From assembly GCA_965230995.1 (NCBI GenBank), contig OZ246398.1, forward strand, positions 211,768 to 275,767: 64,000 nt of DNA. The letters run 5' to 3'. Within the stretch, counting starts at the first letter, position 1, and every line of letters begins with the position of its first letter. The notes beneath the pieces are model-generated. The model searched no databases and was not told the origin of the DNA. It saw only the letters and a list, made by a program, of their open reading frames with translations. The DNA comes from an uncultured Candidatus Saccharibacteria bacterium. Its GTDB lineage: Bacteria; Patescibacteriota; Minisyncoccia; Phycocordibacterales; G965230995. Below, piece after piece: positions 1 through 9,969 of the stretch. The position numbers and the translations under genes are program-made.

Positions 1-113
1 AAAGCTTTGCTTCTTTTTTTCTTTGTATGTTTGTTCTTCATATAATATAGAGTATATACAATTGAAAGAACGAAGACAAAGCAAAAACGGGCGACGCCCG
101 TTTTTGCTTTTAA

Positions 114-287
114 TTACATATCATCCATATCATCAAAAGGATCTGCATCCAAGTCTTCTTCTTCCCCAAGCTCGTCTAGGGAAACAGTCTCGTCGTCACC
201 TTCCTCGAGAAGTTCTGCATCTACTGCACCCTCCTCGGTTTCTTCTTCATCATCGTGGCCAAATGCCTTTAATTCATCGTCACTCAT
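114..287 (-). CDS. Small, very acidic 58-aa ORF not in the supplied track (MSDDELKAFGHDDEEETEEGAVDAELLEEGDDETVSLDELGEEEDLDADPFDDMDDM). Function unknown.
   Basis: Hand-translated from the minus strand. ATG at 287-285, TAA at 116-114. Sits directly downstream of ruvC on the same strand. The opposite-strand track ORF 23..349 has a biased, implausible composition. Confidence 0.25.
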   Translation of the reverse strand: MSDDELKAFGHDDEEETEEGAVDAELLEEGDDETVSLDELGEEEDLDADPFDDMDDM

Positions 288-404
288 TGTTCTTTTTAAT
301 TTTTACAATGCTAATTGCGAGCTTGAAAATGTCGCTTTCATATTTGTAGCAAATTAATATTTTTTTGCAACCCCTAAAACAGGAGATACAGTTGGGGAAA
401 ACTT

Positions 405-881
405 TTAACCTCGATAATGAGCAAAAAAAGTGAGACCAACAGCAATCGCGTCATATTCGTCATCGTGTTTTATTATTTTGTCTATTTTAATTATCATTGG
501 CAACATTTTAATGATGTGCTCTTTGTCGCTTTTTCCATAACCCGTCGTTGCGACTTTTATCTGTGGCGGTGTGTATTCAAAAATAGGTAATCCGTTTTCT
601 GTTGCTCTAGCAAAAATAACACCTCTTGATTCGGCAACAAGCAGGGCTGTTTTTTGATTTGTATTAAAAAACAGAGATTCTATTGATAAACATTCGGGAG
701 AATATTTTTTTATAATCTCAGATATTCTTTTATCTATTTGGAGAAGTCTCTCTCCGTGCGTGTCTTTTGGTGATGTTTTAAAGCATTCCGAAAAAACGAG
801 ATTTTCTCTTTGACCTTTTTCTTTTTCAATTATTGCAATACCAAGTCTTTCATAACCAGGGTCTATTGAAATTATCCTCAT
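405..881 (-). CDS. ruvC: Crossover junction endodeoxyribonuclease RuvC (Holliday junction resolvase)
   Basis: N-terminus MRIISIDPGYERLGIAIIE is the classic RuvC start, with catalytic acidic residues. Length of 158 aa fits the family. Confidence 0.8.
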   Translation of the reverse strand: MRIISIDPGYERLGIAIIEKEKGQRENLVFSECFKTSPKDTHGERLLQIDKRISEIIKKYSPECLSIESLFFNTNQKTALLVAESRGVIFARATENGLPIFEYTPPQIKVATTGYGKSDKEHIIKMLPMIIKIDKIIKHDDEYDAIAVGLTFFAHYRG

Positions 882-939
882 TTATCTATTATATGTCATT
901 TCAATAAAAAATGTTTTATCTGATATAATAGATAAAAAT

Positions 940-3165
940 ATGAGTAATTTGCTAAAACAAATTAATTTTTGGAAATTTTGTCTGCTAGCGTTTAGTTTTT
1001 TTGTATTTTGTTTTGGTTTTTTTCTTGTGCCGACCATTACAAAAGCAGGACAAATTACCTTACCTCCAAACAACCTAGGTCTAGTAGGGTATTGGTCATT
1101 TGAAGATGCTACGGGCACTGTTGCAACTGATTTTTCTGGTAATGGTAATGTTGGAGCACTAACAAATGGACCGTTATGGTCAGCTGGTAAAGCTGGCAAG
1201 GCAATAGATCTAGATGGTACCGATGATTACGTGTCCTTAGGCAGTAATCTCTTAAATGGAGAAGCTGCTATAACAGTAGCAGCTTGGGTTAATATGAATG
1301 CCTTACCTGGACATGAGGGCACGTATTATATCCTGGCAGCAGATGATGGCAGTAGTAGTGGAAGTGAGTCGGTATTTTCAATGGGGGTGGCAACTTATAC
1401 ATCTATAAATTACATTTCTCAAAACTTTCTCGGGGTGAATGCCTTTTTTGGTGTCAGAACAACATCGGGACCAAACGGTGAAAGACCGATTGCTATATCA
1501 GACGCATCTTATGGCGGGGAGTATCTAAATGGTATGGCAATAGTTAATGATCCAGCTGGATTAGAGGCAAATAAATGGGTCCATATAATTGGGACATATG
1601 ATGGTTCAGAGACTAAAATTTATTTTAACGGTGTTCTTGCAGGTTCAAGCACAAATCAACCAGACGGGCAGAATAGGTCTATTACTGGTAATCTAAAATC
1701 TACTAATCAGGAAAGAAGAATCGGTGCGGGAAGTGGAGGTGGATATTATACAGACGGTACTGCAGACGAAGTCCGCATTTACAACCGAGCTCTTTCTGCA
1801 ACTGAAGTCTCTACTCTCTACAATCGCTCAAGCAAAATCCGCACAATACAATCATCACAAAGGAACCTAGTTCCTAATGGTCTAGTAGGCTACTGGTCTT
1901 TTGATGGTTCTGATATATCAGGAACATCAGCATATGACAGATCAGGTAACAACAACACTGGTACATTAACTAATGGCCCAACAGTTGCGATTGGAAAGAT
2001 GGGGCAAGCGATGAATTTTGATGGAAGTGATGATTATGTAGATTGCGGTTCTGGTGCTTCCTTAAATTTAAACACCTCTTTTACATACACAGCCTGGATT
2101 AAACCACAGAACGTTACGGGAGATAAAATGATCATTTCTAAAGGAACAACCGGACAATGGTATGTATATTTTTCTTTAAATGGTAATAAATTATACGTAG
2201 CAACTTATGATGATTCCACTGTTGCAACCCTTGATGGGTTAACAGTTCTTTCAGCGAGTGGATGGTCTCATGTGGTCGTTTCTTATGATGGTTCAAGTTT
2301 AAAACTTTATGTTAATGGTGTGCTGGACAACTCAACATCTTCGTTAATTAACCCATCGACTGGCGGAACTCAATTTACATATATTGGACGTCCAACATAT
2401 ACCAGTGGTTCATATTTTAATGGTTTGATTGACGACACCCGTATCTACAACCGCGCCCTCACCACATCAGAAATCAATCAGCTTTACAAAGCAGGTGAAG
2501 CCAAACTACAAGCCACACAAAACTCCAAATTAACAAACGGTCTTGTAGGTCTCTGGTCATTTGATGGTCCAGACATTTCTGGTACTACAGCGTATGACAG
2601 AAGCGGAAATGCCAACAATGGAACACTTACCAACGGCCCAACAGTTGCAATTGGAAAGATGGGTCAGGCAGTCAACCTCGACGGAAGCAATGACTATATA
2701 AACACATCAGCAACAGGACTAGATTTTAGCACCGGTGATTTCTCTATCAGCTTTTGGAATAAAACTAACGGATCAATAACAAGTATTGCTGAAGCATTAA
2801 GTACCCCAGACGAATCAATTCGTGTGTCATACAACAATGCATGCGTTTCAGATCAGCCTAAGGGGTTGGCAGTTGTGGCTGGTGGACAAATTGGATGTAC
2901 CTCAAACGCTATTGGAACATACACAGATGGAAATTGGCACCTTGGTACAATAGTCAGAACCTCTGGAACAGTTACCTTTTATCACGACGGGGTAAGCATT
3001 CTCTCATTTGCTTCATCTGGTAATGTAAATGCAAACAGCTTTCAACTGGGTAAATATGCTGGGGCAGCACTCAATCATTTTAATGGTTCTCTTGATGATA
3101 CTCGTATTTACAACCGCGCGCTTTCCACAGGTGAAATTCAGATGCTGTATAATATGGGGAGATAA
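940..3165 (+). CDS. Large secreted or membrane-anchored protein with about three LamG-like (concanavalin-like lectin) jellyroll repeats
   Basis: N-terminal hydrophobic segment. Repeated LVGYWSFDG..SGT.AYD.SGN.N.GTLTNGP blocks, each ending in a D(D/E)(T/V)RIYNRAL motif typical of LamG repeats. Paralog of 52843..55014 and 55017..57575. Confidence 0.75.
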   Translation: MSNLLKQINFWKFCLLAFSFFVFCFGFFLVPTITKAGQITLPPNNLGLVGYWSFEDATGTVATDFSGNGNVGALTNGPLWSAGKAGKAIDLDGTDDYVSLGSNLLNGEAAITVAAWVNMNALPGHEGTYYILAADDGSSSGSESVFSMGVATYTSINYISQNFLGVNAFFGVRTTSGPNGERPIAISDASYGGEYLNGMAIVNDPAGLEANKWVHIIGTYDGSETKIYFNGVLAGSSTNQPDGQNRSITGNLKSTNQERRIGAGSGGGYYTDGTADEVRIYNRALSATEVSTLYNRSSKIRTIQSSQRNLVPNGLVGYWSFDGSDISGTSAYDRSGNNNTGTLTNGPTVAIGKMGQAMNFDGSDDYVDCGSGASLNLNTSFTYTAWIKPQNVTGDKMIISKGTTGQWYVYFSLNGNKLYVATYDDSTVATLDGLTVLSASGWSHVVVSYDGSSLKLYVNGVLDNSTSSLINPSTGGTQFTYIGRPTYTSGSYFNGLIDDTRIYNRALTTSEINQLYKAGEAKLQATQNSKLTNGLVGLWSFDGPDISGTTAYDRSGNANNGTLTNGPTVAIGKMGQAVNLDGSNDYINTSATGLDFSTGDFSISFWNKTNGSITSIAEALSTPDESIRVSYNNACVSDQPKGLAVVAGGQIGCTSNAIGTYTDGNWHLGTIVRTSGTVTFYHDGVSILSFASSGNVNANSFQLGKYAGAALNHFNGSLDDTRIYNRALSTGEIQMLYNMGR

Positions 3166-3169
3166 ACAA

Positions 3170-3197
3170 AAGCCCCTTGCGGGGCTTTTGTTTTATT
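3170..3197. terminator. Bidirectional rho-independent terminator between the LamG gene (+) and yebC (-)
   Basis: aaaagcccc-ttgc-ggggctttt hairpin flanked by A and T runs. Approximate coordinates. Confidence 0.5.
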
Positions 3198-3726
3198 CAG
3201 CATTTGTGTAAACACCTTGGACATCATCATTTTCTTCGAGTTCGTCTATTAACGCGCCAAGTTTTTCACCGTCTTCTTCGGATATTTTGTTTGGTGTCTG
3301 AGCCGTCCACTCTCTGTTTTCATTTTTAGAAAAAGCCCAAGACGCCGCCCCTGCAGTTGCGAGACTACATCCATTTTTTGATAAAATATGTCGAACCTCT
3401 GCTGCTGTTTTGTTTCTGTTGTCTGTTAGAGCTTCTATTATGATTGCTGTTCCTCCCGGTCCGTAAGCTTCGTAGGTGACTTCTTCCATCTGTGCTCCGC
3501 CTGCTTCGGTAGCTTTTTTGATTGCTCTCTCGATGTTGTCGTTTGGCATATTTACTTCTTTTGCCTTTGCGATAGCCATTCGAAGACCAGGAGAATCAAC
3601 ATTTCCTTTTGCTTTCTTTGCTTCAACAGTAATCAAACGCACTGCTTTTCCAAAGAGTTTACTTTTTTGACCATCAGTTGCTTCTTTCTGTCTCTTTATC
3701 TTTGACCATTTGTTATGACCGGACAT
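3193..3726 (-). CDS. yebC: YebC/PmpR family probable transcriptional regulator (short form)
   Basis: MSGHNKWSKIKRQKEATDGQKSKLFGK matches the conserved YebC N-terminus. Classic position between ruvC and ruvB. Confidence 0.8.
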   Translation of the reverse strand: MSGHNKWSKIKRQKEATDGQKSKLFGKAVRLITVEAKKAKGNVDSPGLRMAIAKAKEVNMPNDNIERAIKKATEAGGAQMEEVTYEAYGPGGTAIIIEALTDNRNKTAAEVRHILSKNGCSLATAGAASWAFSKNENREWTAQTPNKISEEDGEKLGALIDELEENDDVQGVYTNAE

Positions 3727-4024
3727 ATATGCGAGTTTAATAGTAATTAAGAAAATACTACTTCAAACGTTGATGTTTTTCAATACGGTGTTTCTGTATA
3801 AAAATTCTAACGCAAAAAATGTTTGGCAGACAATGTTGACTGACGTTTTATTTATGCGTTCATAAGTAAAAAATACTTTCTAAACAACTTTGTCATTTTT
3901 AATTTTCTTTAGTCATCGTTGTTTAGAAAGGGTTTTTACGTTGCAACAAGATAATGTATAGATAAAAAGAATGGCAAGGTTGTTTAAAAAACCCTTTTGT
4001 TTCACTTTGTTGTTAACAATTGAG

Positions 4025-5029
4025 TTATTTCACCGGGTAATCAATTCCAATATGTGCGTATCCTTTTTCGGTGACGATTCTCCCTCGAGAAGTTCTCTCG
4101 ATTAGACCGAGTTGCAAAAGAAACGGCTCGTGGAATTCTTCTATCGTTGCTTGTTCTTCGGAGAGGGCAGCAGATAGTGTGTTTAGACCAACGGGGCCAC
4201 CTTTGTATTTGTTTACAATAGTTTCAAGCAGAGTCCTGTCGGCAGGAAAAAGACCGATTTCATCTACGCCAAGAAGGTTTAATGCCTCGGCCACTGTTTT
4301 TTTATCAAGAGGTTTTTTGTGAATTTGTGCAAAATCTCGAGCTCTCTTTAAAAAGTTGTTTGCGATTCTCGGTGTGCTTCGACTTCTTCGGGCTATTTCT
4401 TCAACGCCTCCATTGTCTATTGAAACGCCTAATATGCCAGCAGAACGCATTGTGATTCTTCCGATTTCTTCGGGTGTATAAAATTCAAGCTTATAAACAC
4501 CGCCACCAAAACGTGATCGGAGTGGAGAAGATATCATTGAAACTCTGGTAGTTGCGGCAATCAATGTAAATCTAGGCAAATCTAATTGTATTGTTCTCGC
4601 TGATGGGCCTTTACCGATAATAATATCGAGCACTCCCGATTCCATAGCAGGGTAGAGGACTTCTTCGATTGATTTGTTTAATCTGTGTATTTCGTCTATA
4701 AAAAGGATATCACCGGGAGAAAGGTTGGTTAAAATCGAAGCAAGATCACCGACTTTTTCTATTGCTGGGCCAGAAGTAATTTTAATTTGGCTTCCTGTTT
4801 CTTTGGCTATGAGGTGGGCGAGGGTAGTCTTTCCTAAACCTGGTGGACCATAAAATAATATATGTTCTGGGATATGACCGCGCTCTTTGGCTGCATCCAA
4901 AAGAATTTTTAAGTTCTTTTTTATGTTTTCTTGACCGACATAATCGGAAAAACACTCGGGGCGGAGAGCCTGATCGAGGGTTTTGCTATCCTCGTGATTG
5001 TGAAGTGGAGTACTTGACATAAAAATCAT
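4025..5029 (-). CDS. ruvB: Holliday junction branch migration helicase RuvB
   Basis: AAA+ Walker A GPPGLGKTTLA and the RuvB-specific N-terminal LRP..F..YVGQE motif. 334 aa. Confidence 0.9.
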   Translation of the reverse strand: MIFMSSTPLHNHEDSKTLDQALRPECFSDYVGQENIKKNLKILLDAAKERGHIPEHILFYGPPGLGKTTLAHLIAKETGSQIKITSGPAIEKVGDLASILTNLSPGDILFIDEIHRLNKSIEEVLYPAMESGVLDIIIGKGPSARTIQLDLPRFTLIAATTRVSMISSPLRSRFGGGVYKLEFYTPEEIGRITMRSAGILGVSIDNGGVEEIARRSRSTPRIANNFLKRARDFAQIHKKPLDKKTVAEALNLLGVDEIGLFPADRTLLETIVNKYKGGPVGLNTLSAALSEEQATIEEFHEPFLLQLGLIERTSRGRIVTEKGYAHIGIDYPVK

Positions 5030-5378
5030 TTTGTGCTAACGTGTTAAGCACAGATAAACGAAGCCGTATTGCGGTTTCGCGGACATTAAATCCAAAATAC
5101 AAATCTCTAAGCTACTGGGCCTCCCGGTCTAACAAGTTTTTTCGCAAGGACGTTCTGGCTTCAAGATTCGTCTTGATTGCGAGAGCTATCCTCAGGGAAA
5201 AACATGACTTTAAAGTACTTTTTAAAGTGTGGCTTAGAGATTTGTGCGTTGGATTTTTTTAATCTCTACAATTTCTATTATCCACAGAGGCTATTATATT
5301 GCAACAAAAAAACGGGGGATAAAGGAGTTTTAAATTCTTTTTATATAGTGTCAAATAGATGTTCTAATATGCTTTAGT

Positions 5379-7097
5379 CTAGTAGTCTGTTTCTAGATCT
5401 ACAACACGTCCAACTTCGTCGAAAGAAGTTTCTCCTCTTAATATTTTTAGGATAGCATCTTGTTTCATATTGAGAATATTTTGTGGTTTTGCTGCGTTCC
5501 AAATTTCTCTTTCACTTGGATAATTCATAACAGTATCTTCGATTGCTTTGTCGCTTAGGATTGCCTCATAGACACCAGTTCTGCCTTTGTAACCTGTGTT
5601 ATTACATTTATCGCAACCGGATGCGATAAAATGTTTTTCTGTTTGAATTCCTTCGAGATAACTTTTGTCGCCGATTGTTCCCAGTATTCTGTCTATAATG
5701 GTTCTTTCGTTTCCTGTAACGGGAACTTCTTTTTTACATTCGCTACATAATTTTCTAACGAGTCTTTGTGCCATACTCACGGTGAGGGCCGATGTGAGGA
5801 CTTTTGGACTGATTCCAAGATCAATTAATCTAGGGTATGTTCCAGCTGCATTGTTTGTGTGCAATGTAGAAAATACTATGTGTCCTGTGAGTGCCGAGTT
5901 TATAGCAATAGAAGCAGTTTCATTGTCTCGAATTTCACCGACCATAATTACGTCGGGGTCTTGTCTCAATGCTGCTTTAAGTCCAGAGGCAAAAGTGTAA
6001 TTCTTGTTTTCGTCAGTCTGTGTCTGGACGATACCTTTCATATGATATTCGATCGGGTTTTCAATCGTAATGATTTTTATTTCCGGATCATATTTTTTCT
6101 TTAGAAAGGCGTATAGGGAAGTGGTTTTTCCAGAACCTGTCGGACCAGTGGTGAGAATCATTCCGTTTGGTTTGTTCATTTCACGGATCAAAATATCAAG
6201 CAATTTTTTGTGTATGCCAAGTTTTTCGAGATCAACAGAAATAGAAGCTGGGTCGAGTACTCTCATTACAACAGAGTCATCATATGTGCTGGGTACGATA
6301 GATGTTCTGATTTCAATTTCTACTTCTCCGATTTTTATAGAAAAACGACCGTCTTGCGCACCTTGGATATTTACTTTCATCCCAGATATGAGCTTTATTC
6401 TTGAAAGTACCAGAGAATATGTTCGCAGATCAAACATCGACATATCTGTGAGTACTCCATCTAGTCTATATCTAAGTCGGACTTGTGTTTCGGTAGGTTC
6501 CAAATGTATATCTGAAGCTTTGAGAGAAAGAGCACCTGCGAGGATGACTTCCATTATCTTTGTGAGGCGATTGCTTTCGGTCGAAGAAACTAATTTTGCT
6601 ATTAGGTTAGTTACATTTACTATTGATTTTATTTCTTCACGGAGCCTGTTTATATTTTCTTCTGAAATAATGATAGAACCAGCAGTCGATGTGGTTGCGT
6701 GTGACAATTCTTCGTATCTGTCCCAGACTCTCTTTAGGCTCTGTTCAGAAACCATATACATTTCGACAACAAAACCTTTTCTTGTCATTTCTTCTTCGAG
6801 CATTTTTACTTCGTCGTTTTGTGGGGCGAGTGCGCCGACAGAAACTCTCTTTCCAACAATATTAAAAGGAGCAACTCTTATTTTTCTCGCTGTTTCTTCG
6901 TCTATTGCCCTCAGAGCGTCTATATTAATAGGAAAGAAAGATAGGTTTACATATGGAATACCAGATTTCTCTGATAAAGCTTTTGCGAGATCCTCGCCCT
7001 CGCGAGATCTTATTTTTGCAAGATCATCATCACGCTTTTTTTCATCGTCAAAATTTGTCATATTACATACATAATATACTTTATTTTTTCTACTCAC
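5379..7097 (-). CDS. pilB: Type IV pilus assembly / type II secretion ATPase (PilB/GspE family)
   Basis: GspE N-terminal domain, Walker A GPTGSGKTT, a VGEIRD box, and a C-terminal tetracysteine CSEC...CDKC zinc motif. Confidence 0.8.
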   Translation of the reverse strand: MSRKNKVYYVCNMTNFDDEKKRDDDLAKIRSREGEDLAKALSEKSGIPYVNLSFFPINIDALRAIDEETARKIRVAPFNIVGKRVSVGALAPQNDEVKMLEEEMTRKGFVVEMYMVSEQSLKRVWDRYEELSHATTSTAGSIIISEENINRLREEIKSIVNVTNLIAKLVSSTESNRLTKIMEVILAGALSLKASDIHLEPTETQVRLRYRLDGVLTDMSMFDLRTYSLVLSRIKLISGMKVNIQGAQDGRFSIKIGEVEIEIRTSIVPSTYDDSVVMRVLDPASISVDLEKLGIHKKLLDILIREMNKPNGMILTTGPTGSGKTTSLYAFLKKKYDPEIKIITIENPIEYHMKGIVQTQTDENKNYTFASGLKAALRQDPDVIMVGEIRDNETASIAINSALTGHIVFSTLHTNNAAGTYPRLIDLGISPKVLTSALTVSMAQRLVRKLCSECKKEVPVTGNERTIIDRILGTIGDKSYLEGIQTEKHFIASGCDKCNNTGYKGRTGVYEAILSDKAIEDTVMNYPSEREIWNAAKPQNILNMKQDAILKILRGETSFDEVGRVVDLETDY

Positions 7098-7136
7098 AAA
7101 CTGTCTTTTACCTGTTTTTTTGCTAGTATAGTCTAT

Positions 7137-7589
7137 ATGGAGAAAAGTATGACTTATGAATTAAAAGCGTCAGAAGATATGGCTGTACCCGCCAGAGACT
7201 TGTTTAATTTGATAGAAAAAAGAAAAGGCGAAGCGGTCGTCGTTGCTTTGAAAGGGGATTTGGGAGCTGGAAAAACAACTTTTTCAAAGGAATTTGCAAA
7301 ACTAATTGGTGTAAAAGAAGAAATAGTTAGTCCTACTTTTGTACTGATGAAAATATATGATATGGAAAGCAAAGGTTTCAAAAAATATATTCATATCGAT
7401 GCATATCGTTTTGCAAACGAAAAAGAGCTTTCTTCGCTCGGCTGGGACGATTTGATTTCAGATGAAAGTCATTTGATTTTTATAGAATGGCCGGAGATGG
7501 TTTCTGGTCTAATACCAGATAATGCAATTAGACTTTCGTTTGAACATGGTGAAAGGGAAAACGAGAGAAAACTTTCAATAGAAATATAA
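7137..7589 (+). CDS. tsaE: tRNA threonylcarbamoyladenosine biosynthesis protein TsaE (YjeE)
   Basis: P-loop GDLGAGKTTF followed by an SPTF motif. Length about 150 aa. Confidence 0.75.
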   Translation: MEKSMTYELKASEDMAVPARDLFNLIEKRKGEAVVVALKGDLGAGKTTFSKEFAKLIGVKEEIVSPTFVLMKIYDMESKGFKKYIHIDAYRFANEKELSSLGWDDLISDESHLIFIEWPEMVSGLIPDNAIRLSFEHGERENERKLSIEI

Positions 7590-9967
7590 TGAAAAAACAA
7601 GATAAAAAAACACTAGTATTGCTCGACTCACATGCCATATTGCATCGGGCATATCACGCACTGCCAGATTTTTCATCGAGCAAAGGTGAACCAACAGGAG
7701 CGCTCTATGGTGTTTCAACAATGCTTATCAAAATAATCTCTGATCTAAAACCAGATTATATTGTTGCTTGTTTTGACTTGGCTGACAAAACATACAGACA
7801 CGAAGCATACGAAAATTACAAAGCCGGCAGATCAAAAGCGGATGACGAATTGATTACTCAGATAAAAAGGTCGTACGATCTATTTAATGCTTTTGGCATA
7901 CCAATGTATTCGTATTCTGGATTTGAGGCAGACGATATGCTCGGAACGATTGTCGAACAAACCAAAGACAAAGATGATTTGAATATAATTATTGCTTCGG
8001 GTGATATGGATACTCTCCAGTTGGTATCAGGAGACAAGGTAAAAGTTTTTACTTTGAAAAAAGGAATTAAAGACACGATTATCTATAACGAAAAAAACGT
8101 AATAGAGAGATTTGGATTTGGGCCAAAACTAATCCCAGATTACAAAGGTTTGCGAGGTGATCCTTCGGATAATATTATCGGCATAAAAGGAATTGGTGAA
8201 AAAACCGCAACTGATTTGATTGTTAATTTTGGAACGATAGAAAATATTTATAAAACTCTCAAAAAAGACGAGGATGCTTTGCTCAAAAAAGGAATAAAAC
8301 CAAGGATCATTGATCTATTAAAACAAGGGGAAGAAGAGGCTCTGTTTTCAAAAATGCTCGCAACAATCAGGATAGATGCACCTATTGAATTCAAATTACC
8401 AGAAGAAAAATGGGTTGATAATGTGCCTTTTGAAAAAATAAAAGATTTCTTTTTGGAATTAGAATTCAGGACTCTTGCGGATAGACTGAGAATGGCTTTG
8501 GGTGTTGGCGAGACAAAGAGTCTTTTAGGTGAAGAAGTTTTATCCGAAGAAAACATTGATAGTGAAAAATTAATTAGAGCAAAAATCGGACTTTGGGTTT
8601 TGGATTCAAATATTACCGAACCAACCCTAGAAAATATTTTTTCTTTTGCAAAAACAAAGAATTTTGAAAACGCTCTCGTTATCATAGAAAATGAAATAGA
8701 AAAAAGAGGACTGGCTTTTGTTTTTAATAAAATAGAAATTCCGCTTGTGCCTATTGTTGCAAAAATGAAAGATAGAGGAGTCAAGATTGATACTGATGTG
8801 TTAAAAAATCTTTCGAAAGAATATACAAAAGAATTAGAATCACTTGAAAAAAACATTTTTGATTTGTCAGGAAAAGAATTCAATATAAAATCTCCAAAAC
8901 AGCTCGGGGGTATTTTGTATGATGATTTGGGTATAAAACCAAAAAGACAAAAGAAAACTGGTACCGGTCAAAGATCGACTGCAGAAAATGAATTGCAAAA
9001 GATGGCGGACTTACATCCGATCATTAAACCAATACTTGAATACAGGGAACTGCAAAAATTGCTTTCTACATATATAGACAATATTCCAACACAGGTTTCA
9101 GAAGATGGTAGGCTTCGTGCAACATTCCTCCAGACAGGAACAACGACAGGTAGAATGTCTTCGAAGGATCCTAATCTGCAAAATATTCCAATCAAAACAG
9201 AACTTGGAAGACATATAAGAAAAGCTTTTGTTGCTGAAAATGGTTTTTCTCTGGTTGCTTTGGACTATTCCCAAGTTGAGCTTAGAATTGCGGCATTTCT
9301 TTCAGAAGACAAGAGGCTTATCTCTGCTTTTGTGAACGGAGAAGATATTCACAGTGCTGTTGCAAGCGAGGTCTTTGGTGTCCCAATAGAAAAAGTAGAC
9401 AAAGAAATGAGAAGGCGAGCAAAGGTTATAAATTTTGGAATACTTTATGGTATGGGAGTAAATGCCCTTAGGCAGAATCTCGGTGAAAACATAGAAAGAA
9501 GCGAGGCACAACAATTTTATGATACCTATTTTGAAAAATTTTCTGGTCTAGCAAACTACATACAAAAGATAAAAGCAGAGGCCGAGAGGAAAGGGTACAC
9601 AGAAACTGTATTTGGAAGAAGAAGATATTTTGAAGGTTTCAAATCCAAATTACCCTTTATCAGAGCCCAGGCCGAGAGGATGGCGATAAATGCTCCAATA
9701 CAAGGAACGCAGGCTGATTTGATAAAATTATCTATGCTTGGAATTGATGAATATATCTCTTCGAAAATGAAAGACGAAGCTTTTCTAATATTACAAATAC
9801 ACGACGAAGTAATATATGAAGTTTCAAACGAAAAAGTTTCTGATTTTGCAAAACAAGCAAAGAAAATTATGGAAGGGATACTCGTTCCAGAAATGACAAA
9901 GGGAGTGCCAATAATTGCAAATGCGTCTTTCGGTAAAGATTGGGGAGATATGAAAGAAATAAAATAA
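7589..9967 (+). CDS. polA: DNA polymerase I (5'-3' exonuclease plus polymerase domains; short form)
   Basis: FEN-like N-terminus (LLDSHAILHRAYHA), polymerase motif B RRRAKVINFGILYGMG, and motif C LQIHDE. Confidence 0.9.
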   Translation: MKKQDKKTLVLLDSHAILHRAYHALPDFSSSKGEPTGALYGVSTMLIKIISDLKPDYIVACFDLADKTYRHEAYENYKAGRSKADDELITQIKRSYDLFNAFGIPMYSYSGFEADDMLGTIVEQTKDKDDLNIIIASGDMDTLQLVSGDKVKVFTLKKGIKDTIIYNEKNVIERFGFGPKLIPDYKGLRGDPSDNIIGIKGIGEKTATDLIVNFGTIENIYKTLKKDEDALLKKGIKPRIIDLLKQGEEEALFSKMLATIRIDAPIEFKLPEEKWVDNVPFEKIKDFFLELEFRTLADRLRMALGVGETKSLLGEEVLSEENIDSEKLIRAKIGLWVLDSNITEPTLENIFSFAKTKNFENALVIIENEIEKRGLAFVFNKIEIPLVPIVAKMKDRGVKIDTDVLKNLSKEYTKELESLEKNIFDLSGKEFNIKSPKQLGGILYDDLGIKPKRQKKTGTGQRSTAENELQKMADLHPIIKPILEYRELQKLLSTYIDNIPTQVSEDGRLRATFLQTGTTTGRMSSKDPNLQNIPIKTELGRHIRKAFVAENGFSLVALDYSQVELRIAAFLSEDKRLISAFVNGEDIHSAVASEVFGVPIEKVDKEMRRRAKVINFGILYGMGVNALRQNLGENIERSEAQQFYDTYFEKFSGLANYIQKIKAEAERKGYTETVFGRRRYFEGFKSKLPFIRAQAERMAINAPIQGTQADLIKLSMLGIDEYISSKMKDEAFLILQIHDEVIYEVSNEKVSDFAKQAKKIMEGILVPEMTKGVPIIANASFGKDWGDMKEIK

Positions 9968-9969
9968 AT

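Noticed and set aside
3029-3211. ORF 3029..3211 and its twin 54833..55030, both ending ...ARFPQVK(F/Y)(R/K)CCIIWGDK
   Set aside because: They are the same near-identical 3' DNA of the LamG paralogs read in a shifted frame. The similarity reflects the nucleotide repeat, not a gene.
5665-7074. Plus-strand ORFs 5665..6000, 5859..6104, 6070..7074 and 6210..6404 inside pilB
   Set aside because: They lie antisense to a well-supported GspE/PilB ATPase gene and have low-complexity S/I/F-rich translations. Antisense artefacts.
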